This document shows positions 19,918 through 30,032 of a stretch of 64,000 nucleotides of DNA, one piece after another. Numbering within the stretch: the stretch's first letter is position 1; the number at the start of each line of letters is the position of its first letter. The DNA comes from Candidatus Omnitrophota bacterium (lineage in GTDB: Bacteria; Omnitrophota; Gorgyraeia; Gygaellales; Profunditerraquicolaceae). The position numbers and the translations under genes are program-made. The notes under the pieces are model-generated. The model was not told the DNA's origin. It saw only the letters and a list, made by a program, of their open reading frames with translations, and ran no database searches. The DNA is taken from the NCBI GenBank assembly GCA_028710685.1, contig JAQTTQ010000002.1:33416-97415 (forward strand), written 5' to 3'.

Positions 19918-22042
19918 AAAGGGAAGAGCCGCGTTATCAAATCTGGCCCGCCAAACTTTAGATAAGGCGTTTTCTCTTTATGGAAAAGAGACTAAGATTT
20001 CTTTCCCCGTAACAAATTATTACCTCCCCCTGATTAATTCCATTTTAAATGTAAAAGTAAAGACTTTAGCCGATTTAGCCTTTATTTTGGATGAAGTTGA
20101 AAAAGATGAATTTTTACCTTTTGCAGAAGGTATATTGAATAAAGGCTTCTCTGTTTTAGCATGTATGGAAGTGCTGGCTGCCTTGGCAGTATTCAATAAA
20201 GGGCATCCGCTGCAAGGAAGCGGCTTTATACCTGATAGTATGCTGCGTTCTCTAGGCCTTAAGCTTATTGACGGGCGGGTATCGGCAATTGCAGTAATTT
20301 TAGGGCCGGCAAAAGACGTTGATTCTGCCGTAAGCCTTATTAGAGAATTTAAGTCTAGAGGGATTGTGAGCCTGCTAGCGGGAAATATTAACGGCAATAC
20401 TATGGAAGGCCAGCTTAAGAGCAGGGGCCTGGAATTAGGGTTAGATAATGGTATTATTGCTTTGGGAAGCGATTACCTGTCTGCAATATATGCGGTGAAT
20501 TTTATAGCCCGCTTTCCCTTAATCTACGGTAATTTCCAGGCAGGGCAGTGTCAGCAGATAATAGATTATATCCGCAAGCGTATTTTGGCCTTTTGCCTTT
20601 TGTTAGGTACTGCTGATGAGGAGGTTATAGCTTATGGCCTGGGGGTTATGGTGTTGGGCATGCCTCTTATAACTGATTTAAGCCTGCCTCAATTGGACAA
20701 AATAGATGCTACTTTTATTGAGGCCTTAGTAGTAGAAAAGGATTATAAAAAGATTCCTTCCCGGTGTATGCTTGCCCGCGGGATTAAGCCAAAGATTATA
20801 AATATGGAGATGCCTTTATCTTACGCTGCGGCCTTTGAGGGGGAGAAGGTAAGGCATGAGGAGCTTCAAGTTGAATTCGGCGGGAAGGCAAATTTGTCTT
20901 TTGAGCTTTTAGTCTCCCAAGAAGAGGCTAAGGTGGAAGACGGCAGGATTGAAGTTTTCGGGCCGGATTTGGATAGCCTTGAGAGAGGGAACAGGTTTTT
21001 GCCTTTAGCCGTAGTGGTAAATGTTTACGGCCGCAAGATGCAAAAAGATTTCGAGTCGATGCTGGAGCGCCAGATTGATCGTTTTATCAATTATGCTTGC
21101 GGGATAATGCATGAAGGCCAAAGGGACAACAGTTTAATCAGGGTAAGTTGCGACGCATTCTCAAGGGGTTTCCGGCTTAAGGACCTGGGCGTTATATTGC
21201 ATGCTATGTTTCATAGGGAGTATAGCGCAATCATTGATAAGGTAGGGGTTAGATTATATACTGATAAGGCGGATGTTGATAGGTTGTTGAGCGGCGCAAG
21301 GGAGATTTTTTCCCTTCGCGATAAGCGTATGCTCGGCCTAACTGATGAAGGCGTAGGCACCTATTATTCTTGCCTGATCTGCCAGTCAATTACCCCTAAC
21401 CATGTTTGTATCCTTACTCCCCAGAGGCCGGGTTTATGCGGTGCTTATTCTTGGCTGGATGCTAAGATCTCTTCTGAGATTGTCCCGACAGGGCCTAACC
21501 AGCCTATATTAAAGGGTAAGCCCTTAGATTTAAGGCTGGGGCAATGGGAGAGTATAAATAAATATGTAAGGGATAAGTCTAATAAAACAATAGAAAAGGT
21601 AAGCATTTATTCAATTGTAGACTCCCCACAGACTTCCAGCGGGTATTTTGAGTGTATTCTTGCGGTGGTGCCTGAGGTAAAAGGGGTAATGGTAGTTAAC
21701 CGGGATTATCCTGGCATGACTCCTTGTGGCATGAGTTTTTCTGACTTATCTGCTTTGTTAAGGACAGGTGCTCAGGTTCCGGGTTTATTAGGCATAAGCA
21801 AGCTTTATATTTTAAGCAGGAAGTTTATTTCAGCGGAAGGCGGGCTTAAGCGCTTAGTTTGGATGCCAAAAGAATTAAAAAAGCTTTTAGGGAAAGAGAT
21901 TGAGCAGGCAGCCCTTGATATAGGAGAATTCGGCCTGCTTGAGGAGATTGCTGATGAGGATGATGCTGTAAGCCTCGGTGAACTTGAAAGTTTCCTTTCG
22001 AAGGCTAATCACCCATCCCTTTGCATGGACCCATTAATTTGA
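19889..22042 (+). CDS. Acetyl-CoA synthase (AcsB/CdhC, CODH/ACS alpha) homolog with a non-canonical A-cluster site
   Basis: 717 aa, colinear with AcsB over the whole length (YYLP.., VYGRKMQ.DFE..LER.I..FINY, LGLTDE.V.T.YSC..CQS..PNHVCI.TP.R.GLCGA.SWLDAK, GMTP.GM.FS.L, VWMPK.LK). The Ni-binding Cys-Gly-Cys is replaced by Ser-Gly-Tyr. Confidence 0.75.
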   Translation: MPETLAQLSEKGRAALSNLARQTLDKAFSLYGKETKISFPVTNYYLPLINSILNVKVKTLADLAFILDEVEKDEFLPFAEGILNKGFSVLACMEVLAALAVFNKGHPLQGSGFIPDSMLRSLGLKLIDGRVSAIAVILGPAKDVDSAVSLIREFKSRGIVSLLAGNINGNTMEGQLKSRGLELGLDNGIIALGSDYLSAIYAVNFIARFPLIYGNFQAGQCQQIIDYIRKRILAFCLLLGTADEEVIAYGLGVMVLGMPLITDLSLPQLDKIDATFIEALVVEKDYKKIPSRCMLARGIKPKIINMEMPLSYAAAFEGEKVRHEELQVEFGGKANLSFELLVSQEEAKVEDGRIEVFGPDLDSLERGNRFLPLAVVVNVYGRKMQKDFESMLERQIDRFINYACGIMHEGQRDNSLIRVSCDAFSRGFRLKDLGVILHAMFHREYSAIIDKVGVRLYTDKADVDRLLSGAREIFSLRDKRMLGLTDEGVGTYYSCLICQSITPNHVCILTPQRPGLCGAYSWLDAKISSEIVPTGPNQPILKGKPLDLRLGQWESINKYVRDKSNKTIEKVSIYSIVDSPQTSSGYFECILAVVPEVKGVMVVNRDYPGMTPCGMSFSDLSALLRTGAQVPGLLGISKLYILSRKFISAEGGLKRLVWMPKELKKLLGKEIEQAALDIGEFGLLEEIADEDDAVSLGELESFLSKANHPSLCMDPLI

Positions 22043-22051
22043 TTTTTTCTC

Positions 22052-22079
22052 TTGACGTCCAACGCTTATACTATATAAT
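22052..22079 (+). promoter_or_regulatory. Sigma70-like promoter (TTGACG-16-TATAAT) upstream of the TPR gene
   Basis: Sequence match to the -35/-10 consensus, located in the 53-nt gap after the acsB-like gene. Confidence 0.4.
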
Positions 22080-22094
22080 AATAAGCAATAATAA

Positions 22095-22856
22095 ATGCCA
22101 ACCGCAATCTTCAAGAGACGCTTGAAAAAAATAACCTTAAAACTAACTCTTTTTTTCGCCCTTTTAGCTATTCCTGTTTTTGCGCAGGATGCATCCTCTT
22201 TTACTAAACCGATAGAACTTAATGTTTTAGAGGTACAGGCACGGGCATACCGCCAGGATGGAATTAGGGCCCAGGATATGGGAGATTTTGATTCGGCGAT
22301 GAAGCTTTATCAAAAGGCAATAGAGCTAGATCCCTCTTATGCGGTGGCATATAATGATTTAGGGGTTATTTATGAAGCTAAGGGGATGATCGATAGGGCG
22401 GAAGAGAGCTACTTAAGGGCTATTAAAACCGACCCTTATTATTTAAGTACTTATACTAATCTGGCCCTTCTTTATGAAGAAAAAAGAGAGTTGAATAAAG
22501 CGGCTTATTGCTGGAAGAAAAGGGCGGAATTAGGCGATCTTCAGGACCCATGGACTCAGAAGGCGAGGCAGCGTTTCTCAGATATCCGTTTGAGCCTCTC
22601 TCCGCGGCCTATACAGGACTCAAAAGAGCAGGACGTAGTAAAGATGATGAAGGATATTGCAAATGAGAAGTATATCATGAGGCACGATGATAAAATGCTT
22701 GCGCGCAAGCATTTTAATAAAGCTAAAGATAGCTATGCCAAAGATGATTATGCTACCGCCGTAAAACAGGCATTAGATGCCTATCATTTAGACCCTGAAA
22801 ATAAGGATATAAAGGAATTTATCGAGAGGACTCAGCATAGGGCGCTTACGCGATAG
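22095..22856 (+). CDS. Secreted tetratricopeptide-repeat protein
   Basis: N-terminal signal peptide (..LLAIPVFAQD) and several TPR units (AYNDLGVIYEAKG.., YTNLALLYEEK..). Confidence 0.7.
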   Translation: MPTAIFKRRLKKITLKLTLFFALLAIPVFAQDASSFTKPIELNVLEVQARAYRQDGIRAQDMGDFDSAMKLYQKAIELDPSYAVAYNDLGVIYEAKGMIDRAEESYLRAIKTDPYYLSTYTNLALLYEEKRELNKAAYCWKKRAELGDLQDPWTQKARQRFSDIRLSLSPRPIQDSKEQDVVKMMKDIANEKYIMRHDDKMLARKHFNKAKDSYAKDDYATAVKQALDAYHLDPENKDIKEFIERTQHRALTR

Positions 22857-22908
22857 AAGCCACTTAAAGAAGCTTACCTACCAAAATTGATTCTCAAATC
22901 TTATATTA

Positions 22909-25467
22909 ATGAGCGGTAAAAAATTATATCTTTTAGATGCTATGGCCTTTTGCTACAGGGCATTTTATGCGGTTAGGGGCCTGACTACTTCTTTCGGCCA
23001 GCCTAGCGGGGCAGCATACGGTTTTGTCAATATTCTAAACAAGGTTCTTAAGGAAGGCAACCCCGATTATCTTGCGGCGTGTTTTGATGTCTCGCGGGAT
23101 ACCTTTAGATCCCGCAAGTTTTCCGATTATAAACTGCAGCGTCCGCCTATGCCCGATGGGCTCTCTTCCCAGATTCCTTTGATTAAAGAGATATTATCTG
23201 GTTACGGGCTTAGGGTTGTGGAAAAGAAAGGCTATGAGGCTGATGATATTATCGCAACCCTTGCCAATAAATCCGCATCTTTAGGACTTGCTGTTACCAT
23301 AGTAAGCTCAGATAAGGATATGCTGCAATTGGTAGGCAAGGGTATTGAAGTTTTTAATCCATATAAGGATGATGGTCTGGTTTATAATGAGGGCGTGGTG
23401 GAAGAAAAATTCGGTGTTAAGCCTAATCAGATTGCAGACATTTTAAGTCTTACCGGAGATAGCGCCGACAATATCCCCGGTATACCCGGAATCGGAGAGA
23501 AGACGGCGTTAAAGCTGATAAAGGAGTTTAAATCATTGGAGGGTTTGATAGGTAATATAGATAAAATAAGCAGTCAGGGCATAAGGGATGCAGTTAAGGC
23601 TCATAAGGAGAGGGCTAAGTTGAATAAAGAGCTGGTGGTTTTATCCAGCCGTCCCGAAATAGAATTTAATTTGGAAGAGTTAAAGGTAGGCACCCCTGAT
23701 TTAACTGTTTTGGCAAAGATTTTTAAGCGGCTTGAATTTAAAAAGTTATTGGCGGGACTGGATCCTAAGAAAGAAGCCTTTGCCCCCGCTAAGATAAAAG
23801 AGTGCCAGGATAGTGATTTGGCTAAGGTTTTGGGGCGGGTAGACCAGTTATTAATATCAGTTGAAGATTGCGGTAAGGTATTTTTTTACCTTCAGGATGA
23901 GGTTGTGTGCATTAAGGAGGTCGGAGAGAATTTCAAGAAGGTTTTATCTGATGGCAGGGTCAGGAAGATCGGGCATGACTTAAAGAAGTCCAAGGTAATC
24001 TTAGGAAGAAGGGGAATCCTAATGGAGGGGCTATGTTTTGATACTATGATCGCCGCTTATTTATTAAATCCCTCCCGCCCAAGTTATGGCCTAGGCGATA
24101 TTTCTTTGGCATACCTGGATGATATTTCTTCAGTTAAAAATCTTTGCGCAGCGGATACCCTTGATTTGGTTCGGAGGCTTAATCCTTTACTGGAGAAAGA
24201 GCTTTTAGCTAAAGGGCTTCTTAATTTGTTTAATGATACCGAGATGCCACTGGCTAATGTTTTAGCAGAAATGGAGCTTTGCGGGGTTAAGCTGGATTTG
24301 AGGCTATTAGCCTCTCTTTCCAGGGACTTGGAAGATCGGCTCAAAGGATTAATCCATGATATTTACGAATTAAGCACTTCGGAATTTAATATTAATTCTC
24401 CTAAACAGTTAAGGGTGGTTCTTTTTGATACCCTTAAGCTTCCCGTAGTCAAGAGGACTAAGACCGGGCCCTCTACAGATGAGGAGGTTCTGCATAAATT
24501 GGCGCAGAAACATAAGCTTCCCGGGCTGTTATTGGAGTACCGTCAGCTGAGTAAATTAAAAACAACATACATTGACGCCTTGCCTTCTTTAGTTGATAGT
24601 AAGACAGGGAGGCTGCATACTTCTTTTAACCAGTGCGCTACAGAGACTGGCAGGCTTAGCTCCAGTAACCCTAATTTGCAGAATATCCCCATCAGGACTG
24701 AAATCGGCAGCAAGATCAGAAAAGGCATAATTGCCTCAAGCAAGAAGAATTTACTTATGTCCTGCGATTATTCGCAGATAGAGCTTAGGGTATTGGCACA
24801 TTTGTCCAAGGATAAGAACCTTATCGCGGATTTTAAGTCTAACAGGGATATACATAAGGCTACCGCCGGGCTTGTCTATGGAGTAGAGGAAAAAGATGTA
24901 ACCGAAGCGATGCGCGATAGCGCCAAGCGGGTTAATTTCGGGATTGTCTACGGCCTTACCTCTTTTGGGTTAAGCCGCGATTTAAATATTTCTTTTGATG
25001 AAGCGCAGGCCTTTATTGATGCCTACTTCTTGCGTTATCCCGGGGTTAAGGAATATATTGAAGAGATGATAAGGGATGCGCAGGAGAAAGGATTTGTTTC
25101 CACAATACTGGGGAGGAAAAGGTATATACCGGAAATCAACAGTAAGAATATGGCTGTACGCCAATTTGCCCAGCGCCAAGCGGTCAATACCCCCATTCAA
25201 GGTTCTGCCTCGGACCTGATCAAATTAGCGATGATTAATGTGCAGAAGGAAATAAAGAAAAGGTCCCTAAGTTCAAAGATGGTTTTGCAGATTCACGATG
25301 AGTTGTTATTTGACCTGCCCTTAGGGGAACTTTCTTCTTTAGCCGGGTTAGTAAAGGATAAGATGGAAAGAGTTTTAAAGCTTGAGGTGCCGGTGATAGT
25401 TGATATAAAGCAGGGGCATAATTGGCTGGAGATGTCTGCGTATCCGCCAGGCAGGGAGGAGACATGA
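22909..25467 (+). CDS. polA: DNA polymerase I
   Basis: 852 aa. 5'-nuclease N-domain (LYLLDAMAFCYRAFYA), pol motifs (DYSQIELR, QIHDELLFD). Confidence 0.9.
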   Translation: MSGKKLYLLDAMAFCYRAFYAVRGLTTSFGQPSGAAYGFVNILNKVLKEGNPDYLAACFDVSRDTFRSRKFSDYKLQRPPMPDGLSSQIPLIKEILSGYGLRVVEKKGYEADDIIATLANKSASLGLAVTIVSSDKDMLQLVGKGIEVFNPYKDDGLVYNEGVVEEKFGVKPNQIADILSLTGDSADNIPGIPGIGEKTALKLIKEFKSLEGLIGNIDKISSQGIRDAVKAHKERAKLNKELVVLSSRPEIEFNLEELKVGTPDLTVLAKIFKRLEFKKLLAGLDPKKEAFAPAKIKECQDSDLAKVLGRVDQLLISVEDCGKVFFYLQDEVVCIKEVGENFKKVLSDGRVRKIGHDLKKSKVILGRRGILMEGLCFDTMIAAYLLNPSRPSYGLGDISLAYLDDISSVKNLCAADTLDLVRRLNPLLEKELLAKGLLNLFNDTEMPLANVLAEMELCGVKLDLRLLASLSRDLEDRLKGLIHDIYELSTSEFNINSPKQLRVVLFDTLKLPVVKRTKTGPSTDEEVLHKLAQKHKLPGLLLEYRQLSKLKTTYIDALPSLVDSKTGRLHTSFNQCATETGRLSSSNPNLQNIPIRTEIGSKIRKGIIASSKKNLLMSCDYSQIELRVLAHLSKDKNLIADFKSNRDIHKATAGLVYGVEEKDVTEAMRDSAKRVNFGIVYGLTSFGLSRDLNISFDEAQAFIDAYFLRYPGVKEYIEEMIRDAQEKGFVSTILGRKRYIPEINSKNMAVRQFAQRQAVNTPIQGSASDLIKLAMINVQKEIKKRSLSSKMVLQIHDELLFDLPLGELSSLAGLVKDKMERVLKLEVPVIVDIKQGHNWLEMSAYPPGREET

Positions 25468-26852
25468 AGATAGCAATATGCGCTTCCGAGGTAGTTCCTT
25501 TTGCCAAGACCGGAGGGTTGGCAGATGTTGTCGGGGCGTTATCTCTGGCTTTGGCAGAGGAGGATCAAGAGGTTATCGTTGTAATGCCCCATTATAAGGA
25601 TGTTGACAGGAAGAAGTTCGGCATTCACAGGATAAGCCCTGATATTTCATATTGTACGGTCGCAGGAAAGCTAAGGGTTTATTTTATCGAGAACAAGCAG
25701 TATTTCTTCCGGCAGGGTTTATATCAGGATAGCCAGGGAGACTATAGGGATAACCTGGAGCGTTTTGCGTATTACTGCCGCCGGGTGCTTTACTTATTTA
25801 AAGAGATAAAATTCCAGCCTGATATTATCCATGTTCATGATTGGCAGACCTGCCTTATTCCGGTTTATTTAAAGGCTCTCTATTCAGATGATAAATTTTA
25901 TAAAGATGCGCGCACGGTTTTAACCGTGCATAATATAGGCTACCAGGGTATTTTTCCAAAAGAAGGATTTTTAAAGCTGGGGCTTGACTGGAATCTTTTT
26001 GATGTCGAGGGGTTGGAATTCTACGGTAATATAAATATTCTAAAGGGGGGCATAGTCTTTTCCGATCTTATCAATACAGTCAGTCCTACTTATTCCCGGG
26101 AGATAAGGACTAAGGAATTTGGCTTTGGGCTGGAGGGCATTCTAAATAAGCGCCGCAACTCTTTATCCGGGATATTGAACGGATTAGACTATGATATTTG
26201 GGATCCTAAGAAGGATAAGTTTATTGCTGCCAATTTTTCTATTATGAATATTGAAGATAAGGCTGTAAATAAGAGTGATTTACAGAGGCGGTGTAACCTT
26301 TCGCTGCGCGAAGACGTGCCGTTATTAGGCATTGTCTCAAGGCTAGCCCAGCAGAAAGGTTTTGATATTATTTCCGAGGCGATGGAAGAGATATGCGCGC
26401 TGAAGGTTCAAATAGCTGTTTTGGGAATGGGGGATGTTAAATATACCCAGATGTTTCAGGAAGCAGTAAAGAGGTATCCTAATATTCTTTCTTTTAACTG
26501 TAATTTCGATGATCCCCTGGCCCATAAAATTTATGCCGGGGCCGATATTTTTCTTATGCCCTCCAGGTATGAACCCTGCGGGCTTGGCCAATTGATCGCC
26601 TTAAGGTATGGAACTATCCCGGTTGTCTTTAAGACCGGAGGCCTGGCCGATACCGTAGAGGATTCAAACGGGTTTATTTTTGATTCTTACAGCAGTACGG
26701 ATTTAGTGAAGGCAATAAAAATAGCAGTTAAAACTTTTTCAAACAAGAAGAAATGGTACAGTTTGGTATTGCAGGCAATGAAACGCGATTTTTCCTGGAA
26801 GGCATCTACGGGAGAGTATTTGAAACTTTATGAGAAAGCAAGGCTTAGGTAA
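25464..26852 (+). CDS. glgA: Glycogen synthase GlgA
   Basis: MKIAICASEVVPFAKTGGLADVV.. N-terminus. ATGA junction with polA. Confidence 0.9.
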   Translation: MKIAICASEVVPFAKTGGLADVVGALSLALAEEDQEVIVVMPHYKDVDRKKFGIHRISPDISYCTVAGKLRVYFIENKQYFFRQGLYQDSQGDYRDNLERFAYYCRRVLYLFKEIKFQPDIIHVHDWQTCLIPVYLKALYSDDKFYKDARTVLTVHNIGYQGIFPKEGFLKLGLDWNLFDVEGLEFYGNINILKGGIVFSDLINTVSPTYSREIRTKEFGFGLEGILNKRRNSLSGILNGLDYDIWDPKKDKFIAANFSIMNIEDKAVNKSDLQRRCNLSLREDVPLLGIVSRLAQQKGFDIISEAMEEICALKVQIAVLGMGDVKYTQMFQEAVKRYPNILSFNCNFDDPLAHKIYAGADIFLMPSRYEPCGLGQLIALRYGTIPVVFKTGGLADTVEDSNGFIFDSYSSTDLVKAIKIAVKTFSNKKKWYSLVLQAMKRDFSWKASTGEYLKLYEKARLR

Positions 26853-27462
26853 GAAAATTATTATCGGGGTAACCGGTATATTCGGCAGCGGTAAGAGTAC
26901 GGTATCGCGCATCTTCAAGGCTTACGGCTTAACTATTGTTGATGCCGATAAGATAGCACGCAGGTATCTTTCCCCGAGAACTGAAACCTACAAATCTATA
27001 GTCAATCATTTTGGCAGCGGTATCCTTAGGGCAGGGCGTGAGATTGACCGGCGTAAATTGGGTAAACTGGTATTTGCTAACCCCAGGCTTATTAATAAGC
27101 TCAACAGTATTATCCACCCCAAGGTAATCGGTGAAATAAGGGCGAGGATAAAAAAGATAAAAAGCGGCATAATAGTTTTAGATGCTCCGCTTTTGATTGA
27201 GGCGGGCCTGAAGAAAGTGGTCGATAGCCTAATAGTGGTTATCATTGATAACGATGAGTTAATCAGGAGGGCGGTTAAGAAAACTTCTTTAAAGAAAGCG
27301 GAGATTATGGGCAGGGTGAAATCTCAGATTCCCTTACGCAAGAAGATGCGTTTAGCGGATTTTATTATAGATAACAGCGGCACGATGAAGGAGACCAGAA
27401 AGCAGGTAAAGAGAATAATGGGGAAAATCCAAGGAGGAAGTTGTGGAGAAGCTAGAGATTAA
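26830..27462 (+). CDS. coaE: Dephospho-CoA kinase
   Basis: [15 protein letters not shown]-loop in the CoaE family. Confidence 0.8.
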   Translation: MRKQGLGKKIIIGVTGIFGSGKSTVSRIFKAYGLTIVDADKIARRYLSPRTETYKSIVNHFGSGILRAGREIDRRKLGKLVFANPRLINKLNSIIHPKVIGEIRARIKKIKSGIIVLDAPLLIEAGLKKVVDSLIVVIIDNDELIRRAVKKTSLKKAEIMGRVKSQIPLRKKMRLADFIIDNSGTMKETRKQVKRIMGKIQGGSCGEARD

Positions 27463-28699
27463 GAATTTAAAAGATATGAAGATAAGCGAGCTTAATAAGC
27501 TGGCTAAGGAATTAAATGCTAACGGTACAAGCGGTTTAAGGAAGCAGGATTTAATCTTTAAGATACTGCAGGCCCAAGCGGAGAAAGAGGGGCTCATGTT
27601 CGGAGAGGGGGTGCTGGAGATTCTACCCGAGGGGTTTGGTTTCTTAAGAAGCCCGAATTATAATTATCTGCCCTGTCCGGATGATATCTATATTTCTCCT
27701 TCCCAGATAAGGAAATTTGATTTAAGGACCGGGGATACCGTATCCGGACAGATTCGTCCGCCTAAAGAAGGAGAAAAATATTTTGCGCTCCTTAAGGTGG
27801 AGGCGGTTAATTTTGAGAATCCCGAAGAAGTAAAGGAGAAGGTTCTTTTTGATAATCTTACTCCGGTTTATCCGCATGATCCTTTCGGGCTTGAGACAAA
27901 GCCGGATGAAGTCTCCATGAGGATTATGAACTTGCTTGCCCCTATCGGGCGCGGCCAGCGCGGCTTAATTGTTGCCCAGCCCTATAGCGGTAAGACCGTA
28001 CTTTTGCAGAAGATCGCTAATGCCATAACTACAAATAATCCCGATGTCATATTGATTGTCCTCTTGATTGATGAACGCCCGGAAGAGGTTACGGATATGC
28101 AAAGGCACGTTAAGGGAGAGGTTATCTCTTCTACGTTTGATGAGCCGCCAGAGAGGCATGTGCAGGTAGCTGAGATCGTATTGGAAAAGGCTAAAAGGCT
28201 TGTTGAACATAAGCGCGATGTGGTAGTATTATTAGATAGCATTACCCGTTTAGCCAGGGCCTATAATTCAGTCGTCCCGCACAGCGGAAAGGTCCTCTCC
28301 GGAGGAGTCGATTCTAATGCGCTGCAGAAACCCAAAAGGTTCTTTGGCGCGGCGCGCGCGGTTGAAGAAGGAGGGAGCCTTACGATTATTGCTACGGCTC
28401 TTGTGGATACCGGTAGCCGTATGGATGAGGTCATTTTTGAGGAATTTAAGGGTACGGGAAATATGGAGACACAGCTGGATAGGAATTTATTCCAACGCAG
28501 GATCTATCCGGCCATAGATATCAAGCGTTCCAATACCCGGCATGAGGAGCTTTTAGTTAAGCCGGATGTCCTGCAGAAAACCTGGATCCTGAGAAAGGTC
28601 CTTAATGAGTTAAGTAATGTTGAGGCAATGGAGCTTTTGATTGGCAAACTAAGCAAGACTAAGAATAATGAGGAGTTTTTGAATAGCATGAATCAATAG
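27443..28699 (+). CDS. rho: Transcription termination factor Rho
   Basis: GTG start 6 nt after AGGAGG. N-terminal and CSD-like RNA-binding domains, then an ATPase domain ([15 protein letters not shown]). Confidence 0.9.
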   Translation: MEKLEIKNLKDMKISELNKLAKELNANGTSGLRKQDLIFKILQAQAEKEGLMFGEGVLEILPEGFGFLRSPNYNYLPCPDDIYISPSQIRKFDLRTGDTVSGQIRPPKEGEKYFALLKVEAVNFENPEEVKEKVLFDNLTPVYPHDPFGLETKPDEVSMRIMNLLAPIGRGQRGLIVAQPYSGKTVLLQKIANAITTNNPDVILIVLLIDERPEEVTDMQRHVKGEVISSTFDEPPERHVQVAEIVLEKAKRLVEHKRDVVVLLDSITRLARAYNSVVPHSGKVLSGGVDSNALQKPKRFFGAARAVEEGGSLTIIATALVDTGSRMDEVIFEEFKGTGNMETQLDRNLFQRRIYPAIDIKRSNTRHEELLVKPDVLQKTWILRKVLNELSNVEAMELLIGKLSKTKNNEEFLNSMNQ

Positions 28700-28771
28700 T
28701 TCAGTATATAGTAAATAGTATGTAGTATATAGGGAAAAACAAAAGAAAACAAAAAGAAAGGGGAATCAGGA

Positions 28772-28972
28772 ATGAAAGACAAAATTCATCCTAGCTATAA
28801 AGATGCAACAATTGTCTGCGCATGCGGAGAGACAATACATACCCGTTCTACTAAGCCCAGCATAAGGGTTGAGATTTGTTCTAAGTGCCATCCGTTTTTT
28901 ACGGGTAAGCAGAAATTTATCGATTCTGCCGGGCGCGTGGATAAATTTATGAAGAAGTACGGCAAGAAATAA
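28772..28972 (+). CDS. rpmE: 50S ribosomal protein L31
   Basis: 66 aa with a C..C..C..H zinc ribbon; MKDKIHPSY.. is typical L31. Confidence 0.9.
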   Translation: MKDKIHPSYKDATIVCACGETIHTRSTKPSIRVEICSKCHPFFTGKQKFIDSAGRVDKFMKKYGKK

Positions 28973-30030
28973 TGCTTAAGAAATTAGAAAAGTTTGAAAC
29001 CCGCTATAAAGAACTAGAGGAGCTTTTAGCCTCTTTTGAGGTCCTCTCCGATCGTGAGGCCGCTAATAAGCTGGCTAAGGAACTCTCTCAGATTAAAGAG
29101 CACGTAGTTTTATTCCGGGAGTATAAAAGGATATTAAAAGAGGCCGCTGAATTAGAGGCTGTGCTTAAGGGAAAGCACGAGCAGGATTTCCTCGACCTGG
29201 CCAAGAAAGAACTGCAGGAGCTGAAAGCCAGAGAGGTTGATATGGAGGAGAAATTAAAAGCCCTTTTTGTCGAAGAGGATAAAGAAGCTGACCGCGATAT
29301 CATCCTGGAGATTCGCCAGGGTAGCGGAGGCGATGAGGCGGGACTTTTTGCAGCGGACCTTTACCGGATGTATTCCAAATATGCATCTAGTAAAGGATGG
29401 TCGGTTGAAACTATGTCCTTGGCCTCTAATGAATCAGGAGGGATTAAGGAGGTTTCTTTTAGCGTAAAAGGCAAAGACGTTTACAGGAGGCTTAAATTTG
29501 AGAGCGGGGTTCATCGGGTCCAGAGAGTCCCAGCTACTGAATCCCAGGGAAGGATACATACCTCTACTGCCACGGTAGCTGTTTTGGTGGAGCCTGAAGA
29601 TGTGGATCTCACTATCGATCCTAGCGACTTAAGAATAGATACATATCGTTCTAGCGGGCCCGGAGGCCAGCATATGCAAAAAACTGATTCTGCGGTAAGG
29701 ATCACGCATATGCCTACGGGTGTAGTGGTTGCCTGTCAGGACGAGCGTTCTCAGCTTAAGAATAAACTTAAGGCGATGCGCGTATTACGGGCTAAATTAT
29801 TAGATGCAAAGAAAGAGGCAGAGTCAAAGAAATTATCCCAGGAGAGAAAGTCGCAGATTGGTTCGGGGGATCGCAGCGAGAAAATACGTACTTATAACTT
29901 TCCGGATAGGCGCATTACCGATCACCGCATAAATTTTACTACCCATGCCCTGGAGGCTGTTTTAGAGGGTGAATTTGATGTTTTATCCGATGCGCTTATT
30001 AAGGCAGCAGCGGATATTTCAAAAGAATAA
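28972..30030 (+). CDS. prfA: Peptide chain release factor 1
   Basis: PAT tripeptide motif (PATESQGRIHTS) and GGQ (SGPGGQHMQKT). TAATG junction with rpmE. Confidence 0.9.
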   Translation: MLKKLEKFETRYKELEELLASFEVLSDREAANKLAKELSQIKEHVVLFREYKRILKEAAELEAVLKGKHEQDFLDLAKKELQELKAREVDMEEKLKALFVEEDKEADRDIILEIRQGSGGDEAGLFAADLYRMYSKYASSKGWSVETMSLASNESGGIKEVSFSVKGKDVYRRLKFESGVHRVQRVPATESQGRIHTSTATVAVLVEPEDVDLTIDPSDLRIDTYRSSGPGGQHMQKTDSAVRITHMPTGVVVACQDERSQLKNKLKAMRVLRAKLLDAKKEAESKKLSQERKSQIGSGDRSEKIRTYNFPDRRITDHRINFTTHALEAVLEGEFDVLSDALIKAAADISKE

Positions 30031-30032
30031 AA

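Noticed and set aside
28317-28517. 66-aa + strand ORF in an alternative frame
   Set aside because: It is embedded inside rho in another frame. The translation is Arg/Leu-rich and typical of off-frame reading.
28700-28771. Short direct repeats AGTATATAG (x2) and TAGTA units in the rho-rpmE intergenic region
   Set aside because: Only two short copies in an AT-rich spacer, with no spacer-like unique segments. This is most simply promoter/UP-element sequence for rpmE, not a repeat array.
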